Origin: Heterodontus francisci
Lineage: Eukaryota
Reading direction: 5' to 3'
Assembly (NCBI RefSeq): GCF_036365525.1
Contig: NW_027142279.1
Coordinates: 496,001 to 560,000, forward strand
DNA: 64,000 nt
Positions 1-12,939 of this stretch are shown here, in pieces (within the stretch, counting starts at the first letter, position 1; each line of letters starts with the position of its first letter). The translations under genes and the position numbers were made by a program. The notes beneath the pieces are model-generated. The model worked only from the letters and a program-made list of their open reading frames with translations, was not told the DNA's origin and did no database searches.

Positions 1-324
1 AGCCATCCATTTATCACTTTGAGAGCTGTTTGCAAGCTGAAAGATAGAGATGCAGACTCACACAGACAATACCAGCACAGACGAAGAGATTTTTCTTTTA
101 ACTTGTTGAGTTATTCTGATCAGGAATGCGATGCCTGAAAGGATGGAGGAAGCAGATTCAACAGTAACTTAGAAAGGAGATTGGGAAATATATTTGAACA
201 GGAAATATCTACACTCTGAAAGTTGATGGAAAACTCTGCAAAGTTTCATCAATGAACAGCTGACTTTATGAGCTCTGCTTACTTGAGTTTTTCTCTCTAA
301 CACTCACAGTATAAGAGGGTGGTA

Positions 325-363
325 TGTTTTTGACCCAGCCCTGCACCTGTTTGAATCACTGTG
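325..363 (-). other. 23-RSS of V1
   Basis: Heptamer CACAGTG (357-363), 23-nt spacer, nonamer TCAAAAACA (325-333). Confidence 0.95.
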
Positions 364-1025
364 ATCACTAGCAGCACAGTAATACACCGCCCTGTCAGTC
401 TGATCCACCCTCAGTATTTTCAGGCTGCAGGTTTTAAGATCGGGTCTGGTGGCTTTAAATCTCTCCTTGAAACCCTCTTCAGGCCTGGAATCAGAGGTGC
501 CAATCGAGGTCACTATGAGCTGTAACCCTGCTCCGCTCTGCTGGCGATACCAGTACATGTAGCTCTCGCTGGTGTCATTCTGGAAACAGTGCATTTCCAC
601 CGTTTTCCCCTCTGCGACCGTCAGCCGGTTCCCCCACTGGGTAACGAGAGCGCTCCTGGACCGGGCTGTGGAGGAACATGAGAAACAGATCGGGTCAAAG
701 AGAACAGACACAATGAGGAGAGAGAGAGAGCTTTAATGGTAAACCTCCCGATGCACACTACAGTCGATCAGCCCGCTGACGCCCCAGCACAGGGGTCATG
801 TGCTGATTCCCAGAATCGCTGGGCACAACTGCAGTGGCGCTAAATAACGACACTTGTCCTCAACAGTAAAACCAAACCAGTAAATCTCTAACTGATTGGA
901 GCCCTTCGATATCAACAGGAATTGTGTCTCAAAGCTGATTAACTGGGGCCTGAATTTCCCTCCAAGTAGGAACAGTAACCTGGGAGCAGCAGAAACAGTA
1001 GATGGAGGTAAACAGTACACAGCAT
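364..1025 (-). CDS. TRBV: TCR beta-type V gene segment V1 (family A); leader exon 980-1025, V exon 364-665
   Basis: Leader MLCTVYLHLLFLLLP (46 nt, phase 1, GT donor). Acceptor ccacag at 666-671. V exon has C...YMYWYRQ...DRAVYYCAASD, directly followed by a 23-RSS. Assignment to beta rather than another locus is inferred from the motifs. Confidence 0.9.
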
Positions 1026-1129
1026 GATGCAGGAATGTGAACCCTTCTTTCAACCTTCCAGCTTGGTCCAGCTCTCACACACACTGCAGTCCTATTGGTG
1101 CACAGCCTGCTTTTGTGAAGCAATGCGGA

Positions 1130-1140
1130 AGTGACGTCAT
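1130..1140. promoter_or_regulatory. CRE / TCR V-beta decamer in the V1 promoter
   Basis: AGTGACGTCA at 1130-1139, about 105 bp upstream of the leader ATG. CCAAT (minus strand) at 1094-1098. Confidence 0.7.
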
Positions 1141-1459
1141 TGCAAGGGCAACCTTCCTTGTGTATCCAACAAAGCAGATGGTTCTTTCATATTTGTGGGT
1201 GTAAGAATTAGAATTACACAGGATTGACTTGCAAAGTCCCATCTATTGCAATGTTTGGGGATGTTCATAAAGATTTGAATGGTTGACATATATGTGTTTT
1301 ATAGAGAGATATCTCACCTGAATTGATTGTAGAATCTCCCGGGGGAGACCTCATTTCACCACTCGGTATCTCAGAAGACCAGTGAGCGGATAGTCAAACC
1401 AGGGGACCCTTTCTAAACTTTTCCCATCATAGGACAGCAGTGTTAGTAATGCAGAACCT

Positions 1460-1870
1460 GGAACTGTCCTCCGGAGGAGCAGAGAAGGTTAAGAGGGGAT
1501 TTGATAGAGGTTCAAAATCAGGAAGGGTTTAGATAGAGTAATTAAGGGGAAACTGTTTGCAGTGGCAGAAGGGGCGGTAAAGAGAGGACAAGAATTAAAG
1601 AATTCTTAATAGAGCAACAGGGAAGATTAGGAATTTTTTTCTTTCACTTGGTGAGTTATTCTGATCAGGAATGCTCTGCCTGAAAGGATGGTGGAAGCAG
1701 ATTCAACAGTCACTTTCAAAAGAGATTGGGATGTATATTTGAACAGGAAATATCTGCCACCCATTGAGGATAGAGTGTAGAGTGGGATGAAACAAGTAGA
1801 TCTTTCAAAATGTTGGCACAGGAACAACGGGCCGAATAGCCTCTACTGTTCTGTATGATTTTCAACTTCT
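1460..1870 (+). mobile_element. CR1-type LINE 3' fragment (degenerate)
   Basis: Remnants of RRLRGDLIEV.. and RV..WN.LP..VVEA coding, plus a 3' UTR ending gggccgaatagcctctactgttctgtatgatt. Confidence 0.75.
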
Positions 1871-2059
1871 CTGGAGATTATTTCCTCTGCTTTGGAAAGT
1901 ACTGAAATGAGTCTTTGGATATTGAACTGTCATTCAGGGAGCACTTAGAATCTATTGGAATATTCCACATTCTGCTGGGTTTGGAAAACTTCCCAAAGCT
2001 CCATCCAGGAACAGTTGTCTTTATGATCTCTCCTGGAAAGTATAAACAGGATTGGACCA

Positions 2060-3180
2060 AGTCAGCATTTGTTTGCGAAAGGGAAATCATGCTTAACAAA
2101 TCTACTGGAGTTGTTTGAGGACTTAACAAGTAGAATAGATAAGGGAGAACCAGTGGATCTGGTGTATTTGGATTTTCAGAAAGCTTTTAATAAGGTCCCA
2201 CATAAGAGGTAAGTGTGCAATATTACAGAACGTGGGATTGCGGTAATATACTGGCATGGAATGAAAATTGGTTGACAGACAGGAAACAGAGAGTAGGAAT
2301 AAGTGGGTCTTTTTTCCAGGAGGCAGGCAGTGACTAGTGGGGTATCACAGGGATCAGTGCTTGGGCCCCAGCTATTCACAATGCATATTAATGACTTGGG
2401 TGAGGGAACTAAATGTAACATTTCCCTGTCTGCAGATGACACAAAGCTGGGGGTAATGTGAGCTGTGAGCAGGATGCAAAAAGACTCCAATATGATTTGG
2501 ACAAGTTGGGTGAGTGGGAAAATGCATGGTAGATGCAGTATAATGCGGATAAATGTGAGGTTATCCACTTTGGTTGTAAAAACAGAAAGGCAATGAGTAA
2601 CTGAATGGTGATCGACTGGGAAAGGGGAGGTTCAGTGAGACCTGGGGATCCTTGTACCCCAGTTGCTGAAAGCAAGCATTCAGGTGCAGAAAGCAATTAG
2701 GAAGGCGAATGGTATGTTGGCCTTCGTTGCAGGAGGATTTGAGTACAGGAGCAAGGATTTCTTACTGCAGTTATACAGAGCCTTGGTGAGATCAGATCTG
2801 GAGTATTGTGTGCAGTTTTGGTCTCATTATCTGAGAAAGGATGTTCTTGCCATGGAGGGAGTACAAAGAAGATTTACTAGGCTGATTCCTGGGATGGCAG
2901 GATTGACGTATGAGGAGAGATTGGGCCGACTCGGCCTAAATTAACTAGAGTTTAAAAGAATGAGAGGGAATCTCGTAGAAACCTCTAACATTCTAACAGG
3001 ACTATACAGGCTAGAAGCAGGAAGGATGTTCCCGATGGCTGGAGAGTCCAGAACCAGGGGTCACAGTCTCAGAATACAGGGGATGTCATTTACAGCAGAG
3101 ATGAGGAGAAATGTCTACACTCAGAGGGTGGTGAACCTGTGGAATTCTCCTGCTCCTATTTTCTGTGTTTCCATGTTTCC
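2060..3180 (+). mobile_element. CR1-type LINE ORF2 (RT and C-terminal) fragment, frameshifted
   Basis: YLDFQKAF, QGSVLGP, ADDTK and LEYCVQFW motifs spread across frames (ORFs 2663-2944 and 2960-3202). Confidence 0.9.
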
Positions 3181-3227
3181 CTACTTGACTTTTCCTCTCT
3201 AACAGCTCACAGTATAAGAGGGTGGTA

Positions 3228-3266
3228 TGTTTTTGACCCAGCCCTGCACCTGTTTGAATCACTGTG
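3228..3266 (-). other. 23-RSS of V2
   Basis: CACAGTG (3260-3266), 23 nt, TCAAAAACA (3228-3236). Confidence 0.95.
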
Positions 3267-4436
3267 ATCACTAGCAGCACAGTAATACACCGCCCTGTCA
3301 GTCTGATCCACCCTCAGTATTTTCAGGCTGCAGGATTTAAAATCGGGTCTGGTGACTTTAAATCTCTCCTTGAAACCCTCTTCAGGCCTGGGATCAGATG
3401 TACCAATCGAGTTCACTATGAGCTGTAACCCTGCTCCGCTCTGCTGGCGATACCAGTACATGTAACTCTCGCCGGTGTCATTCTGGAAACAGTGCATTTC
3501 CGCAGTTGTCCCCTCTGCGACCATCAACCGGTTCCCCCACTGAGTAAGGAGGGCACTCCTGGACCGGGCTGTGGAGGAACATGAGAAACAGATCGGATCA
3601 AACATTTAAATAGGCACAGTAAGGACAGAGAGATAATTAATGTTTAAAATTGCGATGCACGCCACAGTCCATCAGTTCACTGAACAAACATACAGACCGG
3701 TCATCTCTGGAGGCTCAGTATCCGCTGGGCACACCTGCAGCTGCGCCCAAATCGCTGCACTTGGCCTCAGTGTCCATTGCTGGGGAGGACAAAAGTCAGC
3801 CAGCTTGCCCACTTTCCCCGCCGCCAACACTGGCTCTATTGCAATGTCCTTGCACCGTCCGCCAGTCCAGCGACACTGACTGGGTCAGCTCATTGACATT
3901 GTGGGCAATGTGCCCAAAATCAGCTGCCTAGGACTGGCCAACCTTCAGGTAATGGGCAGGGCGAACAAGGCAAGTTACATTTATTATTGAACAGAGTAAG
4001 AAACAATTAGGACCCAAAAGAAAGGCATTTACAGAGCCAGAGAATGATACAGCTCAGCAGGAAGCCCTTCGGCCAATCGCGACTGTGCTAGCTCTTTGAA
4101 GAACCTTTGCAAATATTCCAACTCCCCTGCTCTTTACCCAGATTCCTGCAAATATTGCCCATTCAGGAATTTATCCAGGTCTCTCTTTTTTTTTTAAAAG
4201 AAAAGGTTGCAATTGCATCCACCCGGCTTACAGACAATGTATTTCAGAGCAGAACAATTCACTGCTTCAAACAGTGAAGAATCCTCCAAGTGATCGAACT
4301 GTTTGAAGACTTTCTGCAACAACGAGAATTGATGTTGCCCAGAAGCAGATTAATCCGGGCCCGGATTTCCCTAAAAGTAGGAGCAGTAACCTGGGAGCAG
4401 CAGAAACAGTAGATGGAGGTAAACAGTACACAGCAT
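3267..4436 (-). CDS. TRBV: TCR beta-type V gene segment V2 (family A); leader exon 4391-4436, V exon 3267-3568
   Basis: Close paralog of V1 with the same 46-nt leader and 302-nt V exon ending YYCAASD. Intron enlarged to 822 bp, partly by a CR1 3' end at about 4030-4290. Confidence 0.9.
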
Positions 4437-5217
4437 GATGCAGGAATGTGAACCGTGCTCTCAGCCTTCCAGCTTCGTCCCGCTCTCACACACACTGTAG
4501 TCCTATTGGTCCTGCACATGTCTTTGTCATCCAGGGAGCAAGTGACGTTATTGCAAGGGCAACCAATAGAACGACCCTTGTGTATCCAAGCAAATCAGAT
4601 CCTCCTTTCCAATGTCTGAATGGAAGAATTAGAATGACACAGGACTGACTTGCAAAGTCCCATCTATTGCAGGGTTTGGGGATGTTCATAAAGATTGGAA
4701 CGCTTGACAAATCTGTGCTTTATAGAGGGATATCTGATGTGAAGTAACTGTAGAAACTCATGGGGGAGAACTCATTTCACCAATCAGCATTTCAGGTGGC
4801 CAGTGAGTGGATAGTTAAGCCAGGCCTCTCGATATAAACCTTCACCATCATAGGACAGCTGTATTAGTAATGTAGAAACTGGGACTGTCCTCCTTAGAGC
4901 AGAGAAGGTTAAGAGGAGATTTGATATAGAGGTTCAAAATCAGGAAGGGTTTTGATAGAGTAAATAAGGAGAATCTGTTTGCAATGGGAGAAGGGTCAGT
5001 AAACATGGGACACGGATTGAAGGTGATTCATCAAAGAACCAGAGAATGTCTGGAGGCTCGGTGTCCGCTGCACAGAAATGAACCTGCTCGAAATCAATAG
5101 CAAGACCAAATCTCTGAAGGATTTAACTGATTGGAACCTTTTCATATCAACAAGAGTTGCTGATGTTCAAAGCTGATTAACCGGGGCCCGAAATACCCTC
5201 CAAATAGGAGCAGTAAC

Positions 5218-5263
5218 CTGGGAGCAGCAGAAACAGCAGGTGGAGGTAAACAGTACACAGCAT
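5218..5263 (-). pseudogene. Orphan family-A leader exon with no V exon of its own
   Basis: Intact 46-nt leader (MLCTVYLHLLFLLLP + G|GTTACT) with diverged promoter copy. Only intron remnants and a CR1 fragment lie between it and the V2 promoter. Confidence 0.8.
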
Positions 5264-8200
5264 GATGTGGGAATTTGAAGCCTCCTATCTCAGCACCCTT
5301 GTCACACTCTGCAGACCTCTCTACCTCCCTCTGCGCCTCCTCTGGTGTTGAAGTGCAGAGATGCCGTCACTGCATGACCGTCCAATAGAACCTCTTGTTT
5401 CTCAATGCAAAGCACATTGTTCCTCCTTAGTTGTGAAGAATATTGAATGTACAGCAATGACTTGCAATGTGCAAGCAATTACAGAGGTTCGGGAATCTCC
5501 TGAAGGGTGCAATGTGTGGAGGTGTAGATTATTTGGAGAGTTTGGAAGAGTTAGGACTGTCTTCCTCTTTACAGAGAAGGTGAAGAGGAGATTCAATAGA
5601 GGTGTTCAGAGCCATGAGGGGTTTTGACAGAGTAAGTAGTGAGACACTGTTTGCAGTGACAGGAGGGTCGGTAACCAGAGGGGCACAGATTTGAGATCAT
5701 GGGCAAAAGAACCAGTGTCCCCTCGTCCTTGTACCATCAACTCATGGGAACAGATTTTCTTTGTCTACTTTACCTAAACCTCTCTTCATTTTGTACACTT
5801 CTATCAAATCTCCCCTCAATTTCCTTTGCTCCAAGGAGAACAAACCACAGATTCAACAACCTAACCATGTAGCTAAAATCTCTCATCCCTGGAACCATTC
5901 CAGTAAATCTCCTCTGCACCCTCTCAAGGACCCTACATCCGTCCTCAAGTGTGGTGACCAGAACTGGACTCAATACACAAGTTGGGGCCTAACAAGAGCC
6001 TTATAAATGTTCAGCTCAATCTCCCTGCTTTTGTACTTTACACCTCTATTTATAAATCTCGAGATCCCATAAGCTTTGTGAACCTCTCTCTCCATATGTC
6101 CTGCCACCTTCAAAGATATATGCACATTAACCCCCAGGTCCCTCTGTCCTTGAACACTCTTTAGGCCTGTGTCATTAAGTCTGTATTTCCTCTCTGTCTC
6201 CCTTCTGCCAAAATGTATCACCTGATAACAATGTAGTTCACTGTTAACTGCCTCTGAAATGGGCTAGCAAGTCATTCAGTTCAGGGCAATTCGGCATAGG
6301 TAATGAATGCTGACCTTGTCAGTAATGTGCACATCCCTGAATATGTGCTCCTTTATATAAAATGCCTCCTTCTCCATTTTTCTTTCACTGTTTTCTGACT
6401 TTGCTTCCCCTCTTCACTTCCTTCCGATCATCTGTTTCAGTATATCACAAGTGTTGCTCAAACCAGTCACTATGAACGAGCAGACTTGGGGAAATCCAAT
6501 TGTCTATTCTGTGTGGAATGGTTATGATTTGAATCTGTTTCAGAGTTAGTGGAATTGACTATTAGGTAGATTGGTCAAGTCACTGCTGTGTTGCTCGCTC
6601 AGTCTTTTCAGAAGCAAGTGGGACTCAGGCTGCGGTGGAGCTCCATCCCCACCTCGTGGCTGTAATGCGTAACTACAGGCACCTGTGATTTGCACAGTGC
6701 AATTGATAAAATAGGCATTCTGAAGACATGCTTTGAAATTGCTCAGTCTTCCCATTTTTTATCCATGGCTTCGGCTGCTGACGCTGGTGACATCGAATTA
6801 GGCCGGCGTGAATCTCCAGGGGACATGCGTTCGAATCCCACCAGGTCAGATGGTGGAATTTAAATTCAATCGATGAAAAAATACAATTATTTCATTGGAA
6901 AATCTGCAATTGAAAGCTGGTCTCAGTTAAGGCGCCCTGACACCCAGCTGGCTCACTCATGTCTTTCAGGGAAGGGAATCCGCCGTCCTTACCTGGTCTG
7001 GCCTGCATGTGACTCCAGACCCACAGAACACAAGAAATAGGAGCAGGTGTAGACCATATATCCCATCGAGCCTGCTCCGTCATTCAATACAATCATGGCT
7101 GATCTTGGGTTTCAATTTCACTTTCCTGCCTGCTCCCCATATCCCTTGATTTCCTGAGGGATCAAAAATACCATCTTTAAATTTATTCAATGAAGGACCA
7201 TCCACAACACTCTGGGATAGAGAATTCCAAAGTTTCACAACCCTTTGAGTGAAGTCATTTCTCCTCATCTCAGTCCGGAATGATTGATCCCTTATCCTGA
7301 GATTTCTCACTGCCTCTTTTCTTGAAAAGCCGTGTAACATTTGTCAGATTTCAATCCGATGGGACCATTCCTGAATCTAAGGAATTCTGGAAAATCATAA
7401 CCAGCGCCCCCACTCTCTCTGCAGCTATCTCTTTTAGAACTCTGGTATATAATCCATCTGTTCCAGGGGACTTGTCAGATTTTAATCCCTCAAGTTTCTC
7501 CAAAAGTTTTTCTCAATTGATATGAATATCCTTAATTTCCTCACTCTTTTTAGGCCCCAGATAACTGCCTATTTCTGGGATGGAACTTGTGTCTTCAACT
7601 GTGAAGACAGGCACAAAATATTAGTTCAATTCCCCTGCTATTTCCCCATTCCCCATGATGATTTTTCCTGTCTTTACCTCGAAAGAACCAACGTCAGCTT
7701 TAGCTACTCTCTTACTTTTTATGTAAAAGCTCCTACCATCTGTTTTTATATTGCTGGTTAGCTTATTCTCATATTTTATTCCCACATCCGATGAAAGAAC
7801 ATAAACAATGTCTTCACCCAGCCCTATCAGTATGACGTGCTATTTCCTGCTCCCTAATGTTTTTATCCAGCATTCATTTACATATATTTGGTTATACACA
7901 TCATTTCTTTCTGTGTGCAAGTGAATTCCACATTCTCACCACTCTGTATAAATTCATTTCTTGGAGTTATTAGTGGGTATGATGTATTCATGACCTTCCC
8001 TACAAGTGCAGGCATATTCTTTTCCTCTACCCTATCATATTCCTTCATAATCTTGAACAGGTCTATCAGGTCACCCTCAGCATTGTCCTCAGCACTTCAG
8101 GTGTCGTGTAAACAAAGTATATAGAGCTGAGAATTGTGCACAGTGCTCCAGGTGTGGTCTAACCGAGGTACGTGTTGAAGAGCCGTTCTATGAACCATTA

Positions 8201-8377
8201 TACAGGTGTGGGCACAGAGAGTGTGTGTTGCCTATCTGGAGGTTGTGGGGAGTTAGAACATGGGCGTTCTGCCAGTCGACCGGGCACTGAACAGATGCAG
8301 ATCCGCATCCGATCAGCCAGGGCTGCTCTTCACCGAATGCTGGGTTAAATGCACCCGTTTGAAGGGAGACGTGTGAG

Positions 8378-8416
8378 GGTTTTTGTCAAGGCGGACAATG
8401 ACTCTGAACCGTTGTG
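8378..8416 (-). other. 23-RSS of V3
   Basis: Variant heptamer CACAACG (8410-8416), 23 nt, perfect nonamer ACAAAAACC (8378-8386). Confidence 0.9.
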
Positions 8417-9150
8417 TCCCATCACCAGCTGCACAGAAATACACCGCCTCGTCCGTGGCGTTCACACTCTCGATCGTCAGAGTGGATTTCTTATTGTCCA
8501 GAGTCCTGGTAATAACAAACCCGCTCTTAATACCCTCTTCATACTGAGGTTCATTGCTTAGATAGTTAAACCCGATTAACAGGAATCCTCTGCTGGGGGA
8601 CTGACGATACCAGTACATGTAGCTGCGAACTGTTCCTTTCTGCAGACAGTTCATTTCCACGGGTCCTGGTTGTTTAAAAGCCAGTGACTGAGGCCATTGA
8701 TGTATCACCTCACCCCGGCAAACACCTAGAAAGAGAAATTAGAGGGAATGAACTAGTATCGATCGAGTTACAATTGAGACGATGGGCGTCGGTGTTGCAC
8801 CAAATTAACGACAGAAATTCGGTCTGTGTCCTAATTTCCTACAAGAACCTGGATCTTTACAACTGTAAGATAGAATTGTGGAATCCACAAGCTTGCAAGT
8901 GGGTGCAAACATTGAAGAGTTAACATCATATTAATAACACTTGTCTTCCCAAACTAGGGGACAGATGAATGAGTTCACTGTCTGATATGAAATAATCGAT
9001 TACTGATTTAACAAGTCACTGCCGCTCAGTTTTATTGAGATCATTAATCATCCCTTTCAGTTGATCAAATGTTGAAGAGTGATTGGGACAGAATTTTAAC
9101 CTACTCAGCGCCAGAATGGAAATAGCAAAGAGGATGAAACTGAAAGGCAT
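8417..9150 (-). CDS. TRBV: TCR beta-type V gene segment V3 (family B); leader 9105-9150, V exon 8417-8725
   Basis: Leader MPFSFILFAISILAL with A|GTAGGT donor. Acceptor ttctag. V exon SVCRG-EVIHQWP..MNC..YMYWYRQ..DEAVYFCAAGDG. Confidence 0.88.
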
Positions 9151-10182
9151 GTTTGCGGTGGATCTGAGAGACTTTCTGCTGGTTACTCTGGGTTTTAAGG
9201 GAGGGAGACAGATGAGGTGTTGGCAGAGCGGATCGTCATAAGAGGAAGCTACCTCAAGGCAATGATCCCCGCCCCTACCTTTAAGTTGTCCCCCATTCTT
9301 TCGTTTGCTTCCTTCCGCCCCTTTCCACTTTTTTCTTCTCTCCATTTTCCTCCTTCCACCCCACTTTCTACTCCTCTGCAAATATCTTCACTCTCTTCCC
9401 TTTGTGAGATTGCTTTCATGCCGAGGCGAGGGGAACTGTGTTGGAGAGGGTGGGTGAAAATACAAGGGGCGGTATAACGATAGCTGCTTTGGGTGACTCC
9501 AGAGGTAACGGTGCAGAACAGGGGATTATTAACATCCTTTTGCAAATTAAAAGCAGTAGTGGAGGAAGAGAAGGTGGATAGTTCGATGGCAGCGGAGGCG
9601 GCTCATATAACATCACTGTAAAGTGGAAATCTAACTGCATTTAGCATTGAAAGTGGAAAGATTGCAGAAGCAGAGGAATTGGCTCATTGATCAGCGGCGC
9701 CAAAGCCTGTGGTGGCGCGAAATACCGTGGAGCCATAGCGCCGACCAGTGGCAGCATTGTGCAACTGCAACAAGCTGTGTTTGTTACTTTCCCAGTGAAA
9801 CCCATTGCTCTTTCGGAGAGCCAGTGCAGACACGATGGGCCGAATGTCCTCCTCCTGCGCTGTAACAATTCAGCGATTATGAATGTCGATGACAACTGGC
9901 AATATTTTGATTTCAATTGTTAACCAGATGATCAATATTGTGTAATATTTGTGATGGATTCAAATGTTACAGGATGATATTCTAAGATACTAAGATGTAT
10001 CTATCCATTGGTCTGTTTATATCTCTGTCTTTCAGGCTACCGAGCCATCTATTTATCTCTAGAAGAGCTGGTTGGCAGCTGAAAGATACAGATGTAGACT
10101 CGCAAAGGCAACCAGACAAAGTCAGACCCCGAGACGGCGCGGAGATGAACAGAAGAGGATAGCTGTAGCAATGAGCCTGAGT

Positions 10183-10221
10183 GGTTATTGTCATAGTGTG
10201 GAAGGGGTTTGAAGCATTGTG
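10183..10221 (-). other. 23-RSS of V4
   Basis: CACAATG (10215-10221), 23 nt, ACAATAACC (10183-10191). Confidence 0.9.
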
Positions 10222-11026
10222 CTCCTTCAGTGGCGGCGCAGTAATACATCGCCCTATCTCCGGGGCCTGCAGTCTGAATTTTCAGAGTGCTCCTTTGAAT
10301 GTCAGCTCTCACCACCTCGAATCGCCTCTCGAACTCTTCCTGGAAAGTAGGCTTGCTCCCAGACACGTCCGTCACCAGAAGCTGGGGGCCTTGCCCGTGG
10401 TGCTGGCGGTACCAGAGCATGGTGATGTGCTCCGTGTCCTTCTGCTGACAGGTCAGTGTTGCGCTCTCCCCACGTCCCACAGTCAGTTCACTGGGTGTCT
10501 GGGACACTGAGGCACATCGACAACAATCTAGGGAAGTGGGAAGGGGGGAGAAAGGAAAGGGTCCAAGATTCAGTTAACGCAGCCACATCAGGAAAAGTCT
10601 GCAGTGCATCCCAGTGCATTTTCTGATCGAATATGAGCTCAGACAATCAGCTAACATGTGAAGGAGGCCGTTCATCCCAGCAGGCCTGTGCTAGCTCTTT
10701 GAAAAAGCTATGCAATGAGTTCATTCCCCAACTTTTCTCATCTCAATTTAGTTTTAAATGTAATTTATTCCAGTTTTCTAAGAATAAGAGTGAGGTCCTG
10801 TCTGGCAGATCATGCACCGGTTATAGAAGTAAATATCAGTGCAAAGTAACTCAATGTCTGTTTCTATATGAAGGGGACAATGACAACATCAATGAACGAT
10901 ATTACATACGGATCATTAAGTGTATTTCTTAAAGAAACTCAGGTTAAATGAAACAAGAATAGCATTCTGAAGTTACTTACGCGGCATCAGCAATGAAAAG
11001 GCCCAGAGCAGGAGTTTGAATTCCAT
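10222..11026 (-). CDS. TRBV: TCR beta-type V gene segment V4 (family C); leader 10981-11026, V exon 10222-10527
   Basis: Leader MEFKLLLWAFSLLMP with C|GTAAGT donor. Acceptor ccctag. V exon HCCRCASVSQTP..LTC..MLWYRQ..DRAMYYCAATEG. Confidence 0.88.
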
Positions 11027-11539
11027 CTTGGTGAGGTAACCAAGATGTGGTCTGGCAGCAGGAGAGGTGGGAAGAATGTGGCGCCTCTTGTTGAAGACAT
11101 GGGGGAAAAGGTGCAACATAGACGACTGGAAATGGCGTCACGGATATTGCAAGCCTGAAAGTAAGGGAGAGGAAGTGAGTTATCATGGCAGGGGATTGCT
11201 TCAACTGTTGAGCTTCCAGTCCACGGTCATCTGAGATTGAAGAGTTGTTAACTCGCTCAGATCCTCGTTCCACAAAACAGTTGTGGGGCATGAGTGGAAT
11301 TACTTCTATTTCATTCAATGGGTTGAGTAGGGTCCACGGTGTGATCAGGTATTAGTTGGTATAGGGGAGCCCAGAGCAGGAGTTGCTGAATAAAATAACG
11401 CCTACAAACGTGTGATCAGAGCCATCGATTTAAAATAAACCACAGTTATTCTGGGAGTCGATTGCAGATCTGTTAGCAAATTCTAAAATATTCTATTAGC
11501 AATAGCATATGTGAACAGAAATGCGAGGAGGGCAGAGTC

Positions 11540-12298
11540 AGAACAGCAGAGGAGGAGCACGTTCGGCCCTTCGAGTCCGTGTGAGCTCTCTGTACGGCAA
11601 TCCAATTAGTCCCATGCCCCAAGCAAGTTTATTTCTCTCCAAGTTTACATCCAATTACATTTTGAAATCATTCATTCTCTCTGCTTCCAGCATCCAGGTA
11701 GGCAGTGAGTTCCACATCATTACACCGCGCTGTGTAAACAAAATATGCCTCACATCGCCCCTGTATCTCTTCCCCAAAACCTTACATCTGTGTCCCCTAG
11801 TCCTTGTATCCATCAGCTCATGGGAACAGATTTTCTTTGTCTATTTTCCGCAACCTCTCTTCATTTTGTACACTTCTGTCAAATCTCCCCTCAATTTCCT
11901 TTGCTCCAAGGAGAACAACCCCAGCTTCACCAAACTAACCATGTCGCTAAAATCTCTCATCCCTGGAACCATCCCGGTAAATCTCCTTTACACCCTCTCA
12001 AGGACCCTACATCCTTCCTAAAGTGTGGTGACCCGAACCGGGCTCAATACTCAAGTTGGGGCCTAACCAAAACCTCATATATGTTGAGCATAACCACGCT
12101 GCTTTTGTACTTTATACCTCCATTCATGAATCCCAAGATCCCATAAGCTTCGTGAACCTCTCTCTCAATATGTCCTGCCACCTTCAAAGATCTATGCACA
12201 TTAACCCCCAGGTCCCTCTGTCCTTGAACACTCTTTAGGCCTATGTCATTAAGTCAGTAATTCCTCTCTGTCTCCCTTCTGCCAAAATGCATCACCTG
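11540..12298 (-). mobile_element. 5'-truncated CR1 LINE, duplicated with the 6.2-kb unit (also ~5716-6225 and ~17720-18480)
   Basis: Minus-strand translation gives LERVQRRFT.M.PG and VMHFGRR..Y.LN..RDLGV, typical of the CR1 ORF2 C-terminus. Confidence 0.85.
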
Positions 12299-12939
12299 AT
12301 AGCAATGTAGTTCACTGTTAACTGCCTCTGAAATGGGCTAGCAAGTCATTCAGTTAAGGGCAGTTCGGCATAGGCAATGAATGCTGACCTTGTCAGTGAT
12401 GTGCGCATCCCTGAATGTGTTTTTATATAAAATGCCTCCTTCTTCATTTTTCTTTCACTGTTTTCTCACTTTGCTTCCCCTCTTTACTTCCTTCAGATCA
12501 TCTGTTTTAGTATATCACAAGTGTTGCTCAAACCATTCACTATGAACGAGCAGACTTGGGGAAATCCAATTGTCTATTTTGTGTGGAATGGTTATGATTT
12601 TAATCTGTTCCAGAGTTAGTGGAATTGACTATTTGGTAGATTGGTCAAGTCACTGCTGCTTTGCTCACTCAGTCTTCACAGAAGCAAGTGGGACTCAGGC
12701 TGCGGTGGAGCTCCATCCCCACCTCGTGGCTGTCATGTGTAACTACAGGCACCTGTGGTTTGCACAGTGCAATTGATAAAATAGGCATTATGAAGACATG
12801 CTTTGAAATTGCTCCGTCTTCCCATTTTTTATCCATTGCTTCGGCTGCTGACGCTGGTGACATCGAATTAGATCGAATTTGCAGCACAGATTCAGGCTAT
12901 TCGGCCCGATGGGACCATGTTCCAGAAGAGCCTGGGGCA

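Noticed and set aside
304-711. ORF-track starts and C-terminal tails of the V ORFs (e.g. HSDSNRCRAGSKT)
   Set aside because: The starts are intronic or internal, and the tails are read-through of the RSS; true boundaries come from splice sites and heptamers.
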